A DNA stretch of 64,000 nt from Eledone cirrhosa (Eukaryota): contig OZ024741.1 of NCBI GenBank assembly GCA_964016885.1, positions 92,256,001-92,320,000 of the forward strand, given 5' to 3'. The notes beneath the pieces are model-generated. The model was given only the letters and a program-made list of their open reading frames with translations. It made no database searches and was not told the DNA's origin. The stretch's first letter is position 1. Each line of letters begins with the position of its first letter. The position numbers and the translations under genes are program-made. Positions 52,859 through 64,000 of this stretch are shown here, piece by piece.

Positions 52859-53205
52859 GCGTGTGCGTGTGCGTGTGTGTGTGTGTTTACGTGTGCATAC
52901 TTACATTTACGTATTAGCTGTGCTAGGGCGAGAAATAAAATTCTAATTTTATTTGTGATATTCGGCAAGGCCCGCCGTAACTCGTCCGTTGTGCAAATGA
53001 GGCTACTCAACCGATTTCTACTTAAGAAAATACTATATATTTTCAACCGTACAGATTGGCATAGGTGTACAGTCCTGATGAACAGTAATGACCCAGAAAC
53101 ATGTTGATCGTTCCTCAAGGCCAGTGTTGAACTAACATGTGATGATCGGTCACCGTCACGGCAAAGATCGAATCGGGCCGTTTGTTTACAAACGAATCGA
53201 ACATT

Positions 53206-53557
53206 CGGACGCCATGCTTTCCAGCATAGTTACGTCCCTTTACGATCTGAGTTCAAATCCCGCCGAGGTTGACTTTGCCTTTCATCCTTACGGCGTCGAT
53301 AAAATAAAGTACCAGTAATGCATTGGATAATTGCTGGCCTTGTGCCTAAAGTAGAAACAATTATTAATGTTGGCAGTGTCGGTAGAGGGTCGGACGCCAT
53401 GCTTCCCAGCATAGTTAAATCCCTTTACAGTCTGAGTTCAAATCCCGTCGAGGTTAACTTTGCCTTTCATCCTTACGGGGTCGAATAAATAAAGTACCAG
53501 TAATGTATTGGAATAATTGCTGGCCTTGTGCCAATAGTTGAAACAATTATTAATGTT
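53206..53557 (+). mobile_element. SINE family A tandem dimer
   Basis: Two copies, each followed by attattaatgtt (TSD of the second copy). Confidence 0.88.
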
Positions 53558-53587
53558 CGATATAACCCATACGTACATATGTATGTA

Positions 53588-53656
<69 letters not shown>

Positions 53657-53761
53657 GTTCAGAATGGGGTGTGACTCCTAATTTTTAAGTTTCTCTTAAG
53701 CTAACAATGCCTATGTGTATGTGTGTATGTATGTATGTATGTATGTATGTATGTATGTATA

Positions 53762-54195
53762 TGGCCATCGAAAATCACCGGGAGAGATGACGCCTTAGCC
53801 TTTGTCAAGGCAGAATTCTAGGAGAAGGAAAACTCTGATATAACACCTGCAACCCTGATGGTATCCAATGATGTTGACTTGTTCTTCTTTTTGGTAAATA
53901 TCATCTTGGTTAAGAGAGTGGGACTGGCTTTGTGCAGTGCTTTTGCTCACTATAAAAGCTTCACGGCACAGGCATTGCTTTATATCTGGAGATCTCTCTG
54001 CACTTGTCGTCACATGGTACCATGGGCCCAGCACTATGTGTCAATAATTGTCACAGGTGTAGTGTTTGTACCAGAGTTTTCAAGTCGCTGGCTGGACTAA
54101 AAAGTCACACTCGTTCAGCGCATCGGTAGGGGTCCTCCTACATGGATATAAAGTAGTGGCCGTACTCGAAAACGAGTTGGCAGCCACCATATGTA
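53762..54195. repeat. ~430 bp dispersed repeat, near-identical copy at 61223-61655
   Basis: Collinear identity with few substitutions; both copies end in (TA)-rich microsatellite; family not identified. Confidence 0.9.
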
Positions 54196-55075
54196 CATAT
54201 ATTTGTATATATATATATATGTATATATATATATGTGCAAAATAGCCCTTCTACCTCCTTCCCACCCCCACCCCTACCTCTCCTCAACCTGAAACACGGC
54301 ATTATGGTTATGTAAGTACATCTTACCTATCTGCATTTTCTGCTTGTAGAGCTGTTTTTATGTGCCTGTGTATATGTGTATATTTATGAGTACATGTTTG
54401 TTTGTATGTATTTGCATGAGCGGCCGTTCGTTTGTATGCATATCGCTGTGTGTACGTGCGTCCACATGTACCTGCATTTGGGCATGTTTGTGTATGTTTG
54501 TGTGTGTATATATATTATCCATGTGCAACCAGCAGTATTCTTCTCACCCATATTTTCATATATTTACTCAAACTGCAATTCTGTGTTTCTCTTCCTCTCT
54601 TACTGCTCCCTCGTTCTCTCTGTTTCTCTTACTTTCTTTCGTCCCCTCGCCATGTCAGTTAACTCTTTCTCTCTACTGACCTCTTCCTCGCACTCCCACT
54701 CACTCAGTCCCTGTTTCTCCCCTTCTTTCTTCCTCCCGTTCGCTGGGAAAACGGTTTTCATTCTTTCTAACACCGGATTCACTAGCGAAAGGTCTGTTTT
54801 CTGACTCGCTCATATATTCACACAGCTTATGCTGAAAGAATAACTATGTTGCTTGTGTTTATTTCCATCTTCGGTTAGCTTCCCCCTGTGTTGTTTACTT
54901 GTCTCACTCGCTTTACGCGTTTCTATTGTCCTAATAACTTATTGCTCGCACCAACGTGAGGTATATGATTTTTAATGCGATGAAATACCCATGATCGTTT
55001 GGTAAATCACTGATGAGGGACTCATTTTATAACATGTTATCCATGTGCAACCAGCAGTATTCTTCTCACCCATAT

Positions 55076-55159
<84 letters not shown>

Positions 55160-55165
<6 letters not shown>

Positions 55166-55775
55166 TAAAATAACAGATTAAAGTTTAAGCAAAGAATCGC
55201 TGCTTTCACCCTTAACGGGATCTTCTGAAACTAACAAAGTCAATCTGTAAACGCATAAGTGGATATTTCAAAAAACGTTGACCCCTCTTTGGTTTTAGTC
55301 TTCAAATTTATTATTATTACTATATATATATATTTATATATATATATATTAATTTATTGAAATAACAGATTAAAGTTTAAGCAAAGAATCAGTGCTTTCA
55401 CCCTTAACGGGATCTTCTGAAACTAACAAAGTCAATCTGTGAACGCAGAAGTGAATATTTCAAAAAACGTTGCAACCGGAGGAAGACAGGAAGACGATAC
55501 TTTGGTTCGTCGAAACGTTCCCTGGCAAAGAACGGAAAAAAACGAATATAATACGTCATTATTTGGAGCAGTGTAAAACAATTACACGCAAAGACAGAAC
55601 CACGTTTATGGTATAAAAGAAGTCGTACACTAATATTCTCTTAGGTGGTTCATAGAGACGTTCTCTGGCAATGAACGAAAAAAAACGAAGATAATACGTC
55701 ATATGTGGAGCGTGGAGAACAATTGCACGCAAAGACAAAACCACGTAAATGGTATAACTGAAGTCGTAGACTAAA
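55160..55775. repeat. Two sets of tandem direct repeats (~120 bp x2 and ~145 bp x2)
   Basis: 55160-55280 ~ 55353-55471; 55515-55632 ~ 55658-55775. Confidence 0.8.
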
Positions 55776-56625
55776 ATTCTAACTAGGAAACCGAATGATT
55801 CTCCGCTTCAGAGTTAAGAATAAAGTAAATAAAATACAGAGGTAATTGAAATTAAATAAATACATACACGCATCCAAATACGTACCTACACAAGCATACG
55901 CGAAAACACTCGCCATAGGTGTACAAATACACGCACATATAAATATATGTGTGTGTGTGTGTGTGCGTGTATACAAATAATTAAATAAATGTATATAAAT
56001 AAATAAATAAAGAGGTCACAAGCGCACACACATACCTACATGTAAATACACAAATGTTCGGAGACGCACGTCAACCAAAACACGAAGTACACATATACAC
56101 ACACCCTAAATACGTACGAACCCGCATACTCACACAGACGCAAAACTCACGTATACACATAACCAAAAGCATATGTACCAGAATATATAAAATATACGCC
56201 AAAACATATACAATCAAATATACGTACGAGAAAGTATACGTATCTTCACAAAATATACAGGTAATATATACTTACCTATGCAAATAAGTAATGGTATAAA
56301 CATAACATATACTTAGCTACCACATCAAGACGTAAAATATCCGCGTATAGATCGTACTATCCGTTAGGGTATAATGTGGGGCTGTAATACAGGAAAGTTT
56401 TGTGCAATTTATGTTTACAAGCCGAAATTGCCTCAGATTTTTTGTTTAAGATGTAGTCTGTGGCGTAGAGTATTTCCAGGGCCTGAGAGGCGCAGAGGTC
56501 ACATTCAGATATGATTCCAGTTCCTCAATGAAATAACAACCCAACCAGGAACTGGGCATATCAGAGTATTGACAAAGTTATACACCTCAACAACATATAT
56601 ACTTGTCTATACCACACTAATTCAG

Positions 56626-56680
56626 ACTGCCTGAAGAGGTCACAGCCAAAGATGGCTGTCACAGAAATATATATAGCAGT
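56626..56680 (+). ncRNA. Type I minimal hammerhead (same family as 33848), near intact
   Basis: actgc-CTGAAGA-ggtcacagccaaagatggctgtcaca-GAAA-tatat-ATA-gcagt; the stem II closing pair is mismatched. Confidence 0.65.
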
Positions 56681-56729
56681 AATAAACGAAGCTAAATTTT
56701 AAACATTTGACTTATTTATTTTATTTTAA

Positions 56730-57223
56730 ATATAAGTATGTATACGTACATAAATGTATGTATACAGACGTACAGTAGTATACATATATATATAGATATA
56801 CATATATACATACATGCACACATACATATATGTACGTATGGATTTACCGAACATTTATTATAATGCTCGGTGTGTTTGTAAACAAACATCCCGAATTAAG
56901 CCGTACAGTGTCTAGCAACCATCGTTGCTCATTTGTTAAACACTGACAAAGGAACGTTGTACTAGTTTCAAGCTTATTAGCTATCGTCAGCAACGTATAC
57001 CTTCCTGCCAGATGGTTGAACGTCTGAAAGTATATACTTTCCTTATGCATATTAACGGCTGAGCAGCCTAATTTGCATATCGAGTGAGTTAATCGGCCGG
57101 GGTACCGAAAACGATAAACGGAAAAAATGAAACGAAATTTCATTTCTCACTCTTGGTATGGCTGTTACTTAAATATAAGTATGTATACGTACATACATGT
57201 ATATATTCAGACGTACAGTAGTA

Positions 57224-57287
<64 letters not shown>

Positions 57288-58100
57288 TATTGAAGTTTGC
57301 TTGAAGCATTGTGGAATAATAGGTAAATATCTTTAAGTCGTTTGGAAGCCTCGACAATGCAAATGAGTAAATCTCCGGGTAACAAGATCCGGTGGTGGAG
57401 AGAGAAAGATGTAAGTGGGTGTACGTTGAGATGCGTGGCGTGTATAAGACGTGTAGAGGAATGAAGGAAAGAGTATAAAGGATAAAATAAAAATAACAAC
57501 ACGAGAGAGAGAGTTACCTTGGGAGAGATTTAATTGTCCCTATATATTTCGGATTCACATCATCAACTGGGGTTTTTTTCCGGGGTGGGGGAAAGGTTGT
57601 TTGTCGGAAAGGTGCGAAACGCGTCCTCCGCTGTTTGTTACCCGGATCTTGTTACCCGGAGATTTACCCATTTGCATTGTCGAGGCTTCCAAACGACTTA
57701 AAGATATTTACCCATATATATATATACATACATACATACATGCACACATACATATATGTACGTATGAATTCACCGAATATTTATTATAATGGTCGGTGTG
57801 TTTGTAAACAAACATCACGAATTAAGCCGTACAGTATCTAGCAACCATCGTTGCTCATTTGTTCAACACTGACAAAGGAACGCTGTACTAGTTTCAAGCT
57901 TATTATCTATCGTCAGCAACGTAAACCTTCCTGCCAGATGGTTGAACGTCTGAAAGTATATACTTTCCTTATACATATTAACGGCTGAGCAGCCTAATTT
58001 GCATATAGAGTCATACATGTATGTACGTATACATACTTATATTTAAGTAACAGCCGTACTAAGAGTGAGAAATGAAATTTCGTTTCATTTTTTCCATTTA
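56730..58100. repeat. Nested direct/inverted repeat family; another inverted copy at about 62425-62820
   Basis: 56810-57085 ~ 57730-58010 (direct); 57125-57200 versus 58012-58095 (inverted); inner IR 57322-57392 / 57642-57712. Confidence 0.8.
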
Positions 58101-58127
58101 TTTTATTTTATTTTATTTTATATATAC

Positions 58128-58160
<33 letters not shown>

Positions 58161-58181
58161 CATGTATATATATATATATAT

Positions 58182-59162
58182 ACATTATGAAGAGAGAAGG
58201 AACATTTAGATATAATTAGTAATAAAATGTATCATACCTAAACTGCTCCTAGATTTCACTAATTTTCTCCTAATGCAGTTTATATATAATATCGTCTTTT
58301 TTTAATGTATCATGTATTACGTTACTGATTACATAAGACAGTGTAACGCAGTGATACATTTTATTACTAATTATATCTAAATGTTCCTTCTCTCTTCATA
58401 ATGTATTTTTAACTCTGATACTGGTTCAGTCTAGTTCAACCGGATTGGTCTGTCCCAGTCATTCATTGAGCAACATCGGTGAGGTTGGCACCCTTAACTC
58501 ACGGTTGGGTGTGGATGCATTCATGTATATGTGTGGGTCCGCATGTATCTGTGTGTTTCTAAATATATTGTTAATAACTCCCTCTGGTTGAGTAATCTTT
58601 GAAGTGTGGTGGCTGCTGGAAAGCTGCCATTACTCATACTTCTCGCCTCCTTCACCACCTCTTCTACGGCTACGATATAAATACCCCCTCCGCCTCCGTG
58701 GTATTTTCTTCGGGGTTATAAGAGGCTTAGCTCTGTTTCTCGACCGTTATATCGCGTGACTATCTCCCCCCTCCGCCTTTTGGGATTCTTTCTCACGTCG
58801 TGTAGACGCGTTCTTGAGGCTAGTAAAATGAGGTATCCTCTTGATAAGTCGGCAGACCTCGCAGGGACTCTATATCTTTATGATGTATTGTTTTTGTTTA
58901 TGCCACGAAACTACGTAGTCGAGGAATCTAGGAGCAGTTTAGGTATGATACATTTTATTACTAATTATATCTAAATGTTCCTTCTCTCTTCATAATGTAT
59001 TTTTAACTCTGATACTGGTTCAGTCTAGTTCAACCGGATTGGTCTGTCCCAGTCATTCATTGAGCAACATCGGTGAAGTTGGCACCCTTAACTCACGGTT
59101 GGGTGTGGATGCATTCATGTATATGTGTGTGTCCGCATGTATCTGTGTGTTTCTAAATATAT
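58182..59162 (+). mobile_element. Penelope-type structure: inverted terminal fragment + two direct repeats + degenerate hammerhead
   Basis: 58352-58570 ~ 58946-59162 (direct); 58182-58256 is the reverse complement of 58925-58999; hammerhead-like 58836-58925. Confidence 0.72.
58836..58925 (+). ncRNA. Degenerate type I hammerhead
   Basis: tcctc-TTGATAA-gtcggca...tgccac-GAAA-ctacgta-GTC-gagga; palindromic stem III ACTACGTAGT; two core substitutions. Confidence 0.6.
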
Positions 59163-59181
59163 TATATATATATATATATAT

Positions 59182-59304
59182 ATAGGAACCAGTAAGACCC
59201 CGACAGCTGAGCTCAAGCCGTTTCGACGGCTAATTCTGAACTGAGTCCAGAATTAGCCGTCGAAACGGCTTGAGCTCAGCTGTCGGGGTCTTACTGGTTC
59301 CTAT
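59182..59304. repeat. Perfect 57 bp inverted repeat, 9 nt loop
   Basis: 59182-59238 is the exact reverse complement of 59248-59304; a diverged inverted copy of 59252-59383 lies at 62838-62972. Confidence 0.95.
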
Positions 59305-59380
59305 TACCCACTCTACTACCTCAAGTATTGAGTACTTTGGTGCGTTATGGTCCACCTGGTTCCTTACCACATTTCCTTCG

Positions 59381-59455
<75 letters not shown>

Positions 59456-59674
59456 TTACACTAATCAAAGTTCAGTTTAAATCATTTATTTGCTTACAAT
59501 TGTTTCCTCCAAACCGAGGTTTGGATTCTTCGGAGCAACTATTTAGTGATCTATAACATACTTGACCTCCTTTTCAACACAAGAGACATATAAAACATAT
59601 GCACATATTGATCCAGTGGGATGACATCCATCAAAATGATATAGCATGGCAATTTACATATAAAGGTTAAAGGA

Positions 59675-60302
59675 TAAAAATAAAAATAAAAATAAAAATA
59701 AAAATAAAAATAAAAATAAAAATAAAAATAAAAATAAAAATAAAAATAAAAATAAAAAAAAAAATAAAAATAAAAATAAAAAAAAAAATAAAAAAAAAAT
59801 AAAATAAAAAAAAAAAAATAAATAAAATAAAAAAAAATAAAAATAAAAATAAAAATAAAAATAAAAATAAAAATAAAAATAAAAATAAAATTAAAAATAA
59901 AAATAAAAATAAAAATAAAAATAAAAATAAAAATAAAAATAAAAATAAAAATAAAAATAAAAATAAAAATAAAAATAAAAATAAAAATAAAAATAAAAAT
60001 AAAAATAAAAATAAAAATAAAAATAAAAATAAAAATAAAAATAAAAATAAAAATAAAAATAAAAATAAAAATAAAAATAAAAATAAAAATAAAAATAAAA
60101 ATAAAAATAAAAATAAAAATAAAAATAAAAATAAAAATAAAAATAAAAATAAAAATAAAAATAAAAATAAAAATAAAAATAAAAATAAAAATAAAAATAA
60201 AAATAAAAATAAAAATAAAAATAAAAATAAAAATAAAAATAAAAATAAAAATAAAAATAAAAATAAAAATAAAAATAAAAATAAAAATAAAAATAAAAAT
60301 AA

Positions 60303-60333
<31 letters not shown>

Positions 60334-60345
60334 TAAAAATAAAAA
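59675..60345. repeat. (TAAAAA)n array, ~670 bp
   Basis: Direct reading. Confidence 0.97.
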
Positions 60346-60851
60346 TGAAAATAAAAATGAAGCATTGGCAGTCTATGAAGATAAAGCAAGAGGAAAGTTT
60401 AGAGTAGTCAGTGGTGTATGAAACAATCTCACGTGTAGCATGCACGCGTGTCTTATTTATACAGGATTAGAGTGCGTCAGAATGTTATTTGCAGGGTCAG
60501 GCAGTTGAAGCAGGCAATCGATATTATTATGTGGGCTGAATTATTAAGTCATTTATTCGCATACACCTGTATGATATACAGTCCCGAATGTAGAGAAACA
60601 CCAAAATATCAGAAATTTCAAACATATTATAAACCGTATTATATCGTAGGCAAAACAGTACCACTGTCTTCGCTCACACCACCACTCACATAATCCATGA
60701 GACGCAATATATAGAACACGGGTCTATCATATAATTCACGATGGTTCAGCATATAACCAAGTTATAAACCGTATCTTGTCGATTCTTAATTAATAGATCA
60801 TGTTGTTTAGTTTTGTGTGATGATATTATATTCCGGAAGTCTCTATATATG

Positions 60852-60935
<84 letters not shown>

Positions 60936-61655
60936 TATATATATGTATATATGTATAAATGTATATATATGTATGTGTATATATATATATGTATGTGTAT
61001 GTGTGTATGTATGTATGTATGTATGTATGTATGTATATGTACACATATATATGTATATATATATATGTATATGTATATACATATGTGTATATATATATGG
61101 TCGGGTCGTTGGCGACTAAACTGGCAAACCCACCAAGGTTTCTTGGTGAGGAGGGTGACTTTGGACATCCTGCAGGACTAAAAACAAAACCTGTCAAAGG
61201 GCAAAGGAGCTCTTAAGAGTCAATGGCCATCCAAAATCACCGGGAGAGATGACCCCTTAGCCTTTGTCAAGGCAGAATTCTAGGAGAAGGAAAACTCTGA
61301 TATAACACCTGCAACCCTGATGGTATCTAATGATGTTGACTTGTTCTTCTTTTTGGTAAATATCATCTTGGTTAAGAGAGTGGGACTGGCTTTGTGCAGT
61401 GCCTTTGCTCACTATAAAAGCTTCACGGCACAGGCATTGCTTTATATCTGGAGATCTCTCTGCACTTGTCGTCACATGGTACCATGGGCCCAGCACTATG
61501 TGTCAGTAATTGTCACAAGTGTAGTGTTTGTACCAGAGTTTTCAAGTCGCTGGCTGGACTAAAAAGTCACACGCGTTCAGCGCATCGGTAGGGGTTCTCC
61601 TACATGGATATAAAGTAGTGGCCGTACTCGAAAACGAGTTGGCAGCCACCATATG

Positions 61656-61686
<31 letters not shown>

Positions 61687-61703
61687 GTATATGTATATAT
61701 ATA

Positions 61704-61790
<87 letters not shown>

Positions 61791-61917
61791 ATATATGTGT
61801 ATATCTATGTATATATATGTATATATATGTGTGTATATGTGTATATATATGTATGTATGTTTGTATGTATATATATATATATATGTGTGTATGTATGTAT
61901 GTGTGTATCTATGTATG

Positions 61918-61960
<43 letters not shown>

Positions 61961-62325
61961 ATATGATATATATGTGTGTGTATATATATATATATATCAC
62001 TCTACATCAGACTATAGGTGAGGAAGATGAAAGACCAAGGGAGCATCCCTTCTCTGTGCTCCTGAGGAGAAGGGTTGCACACTTTTTTTCGGGGGTGTGT
62101 GCGACCCCCCCAAGGCACCTCCTCTCTATTGAGGACTTTGTTATACATTTTATTTTTTGTTATATTTTATTTTATTTTTATATATTGTTATTGCCTCCTC
62201 CTTATTGAGGACGCCTTGTTTTGTAAACTCCCCCCATTGTACTTGTCCCACTTTTGATGCCCTGGTGGCAAATAAAAGAAACATATCTATATATATATAT
62301 GTATGTGTGTGTATATGTATATATA

Positions 62326-62385
<60 letters not shown>

Positions 62386-62997
62386 AATGTGTCTGTTGAC
62401 ACCTGGAATATAGCTTAAGAGAAATATTTCGTTTCATTTTTTCGTTTCATTTTTTCCGTTTATCGTTTTCGGTGCACCCGACCGATTAACCCACTCGATA
62501 TGCAAATTGGGCTACTCAGCCGTTAATATGCATAAGGTAAGTATATACGTTCAACAATCTGGCAGGAAGGTATACGTTGCTGATGATAGCTAATAAGCTT
62601 GAAACTAGTACAGCGTTCCTTTGTCAGTGTTGAACAAACGAGCAACGATGGTTGCTAGACACTACAGCTTAATACGGGATGTTTGTTTACAAACACACCG
62701 AGCATTATAATAAATGTTCGGTCAATCCATACGTACATATATATATGTGTGCATGTATGTATACATATATATATACTACTGTACGTCTGTATACATATAT
62801 GTATGTACGTGTACATACTTATATATATATATATATATAACAAAGAATGTGTGGTAAGATACCAGGTGGACCATAACACACACCAAAGTGTTCGATACTT
62901 AGGGTAGTAGAGTAGGTAATATGAAAAGAGTCAGGACCCCGACGGCTGAGCTCCGGTCGTTTCGACAGCTAGATGTATATATGTGTATGTATATGTT

Positions 62998-63051
<54 letters not shown>

Positions 63052-63163
63052 TATAGATATATATGTGTGTGTGTGTGTGTATGCATGTGTATATATATAT
63101 ATATATATACTTATCCTTATCGAGCCCTCTTTGGATTTTAGTCTTCAAATTTATTATTATTAC

Positions 63164-63201
<38 letters not shown>

Positions 63202-63220
63202 ATATATATATATGTATATA

Positions 63221-63285
<65 letters not shown>

Positions 63286-63369
63286 TATATACACATACAT
63301 ACACCCACATGTGTATATATACACACACACACACACATAAACACACACACACACGCGCGCACACACCAT

Positions 63370-63470
<101 letters not shown>

Positions 63471-63678
63471 CCTTTTCCTCCTGGCCTTTTGATTAATAAA
63501 AGGCCTCGGGTGCACCCGAACAACACCGATGTCCTGTAATTCAGCGCTGAACATCGGTTCGGGAAACATTTACAGCTGACGAAGGAAACTCCTTTCTTCC
63601 TTTCTCCTCTTGTTCCGTCCTAACCACCATCCTAAACCTTGTTTTTAGTAACCACACAGCTCCTTTCGTTTCATATAC

Positions 63679-63749
<71 letters not shown>

Positions 63750-63815
63750 GAAGCTCCAACCGTTATGGTTGTCTTTTTTCCGGGTATGTCAATATTTATT
63801 TATAAAACAAATCTA

Positions 63816-63880
63816 TATTTTATCTGATGAAAGCGCACCATAATTTGCCTGGTTGCCCTTGAAATATGTATAATAAAATA
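63816..63880 (+). ncRNA. Type I minimal hammerhead ribozyme, intact core
   Basis: Stem I tattttat/ataaaata (extended by tatttataaaac/gttttataaata); CTGATGA 63824-63830; stem II aagcgcacca/tggttgccctt; GAAA 63861-63864; t-atgt-ATA; similar in layout to the 32628 ribozyme. Confidence 0.78.
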
Positions 63881-63911
63881 AATATGGTTTTATAAATATA
63901 GTTTCCATTTA

Positions 63912-63970
<59 letters not shown>

Positions 63971-64000
63971 GTGTGTATAATGGTAGCTATAGGCGGTATG

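Noticed and set aside
53795-54034. 79 aa minus-strand ORF with CLCREAFI...LNQ, repeated at 61257-61496
   Set aside because: Only superficial likeness to a GIY-YIG C-terminus; its conservation is explained by near-identity of the repeat copies.
63576-63610. CTGACGA followed by agg..cct
   Set aside because: No GAAA after the stem and no stem III; at best a truncated remnant.

Overview
AT-rich, microsatellite-dense animal genomic DNA; the repeat landscape suggests a mollusc, probably a cephalopod (inference). 1-10.2 kb holds the last five coding exons of a Kelch-repeat gene closely resembling KLHL18 (+ strand). The rest is mostly transposon-derived. It includes a tRNA-headed SINE family (about 18 copies), a second SINE, a TTAA-flanked piggyBac-type MITE family, RTE/CR1 fragments and a 5'-truncated Penelope-like element (RT C-terminus + GIY-YIG) with a minimal hammerhead ribozyme downstream. 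Further hammerhead-bearing and foldback elements sit in (TA)n tracts. At 37.7-52.3 kb is a head-to-tail array of three diverged Tx1/L1-clade LINEs joined by (ATT)n. The best candidate for an undescribed system is an apparent LINE-SINE partnership. The Tx1-like LINEs and the main SINE share a covarying 3' stem-loop (loop CUUGU) and an (ATT)n tail, and both insert at ATT-starting sites and form tandem arrays, so each insertion may recreate its own target. The two full-length LINEs also conserve a perfect splice donor over the ORF1 stop codon and an intron-like 5'UTR. Most short ORFs in the supplied track are microsatellite or antisense artefacts. All alignments and folds were done by eye.
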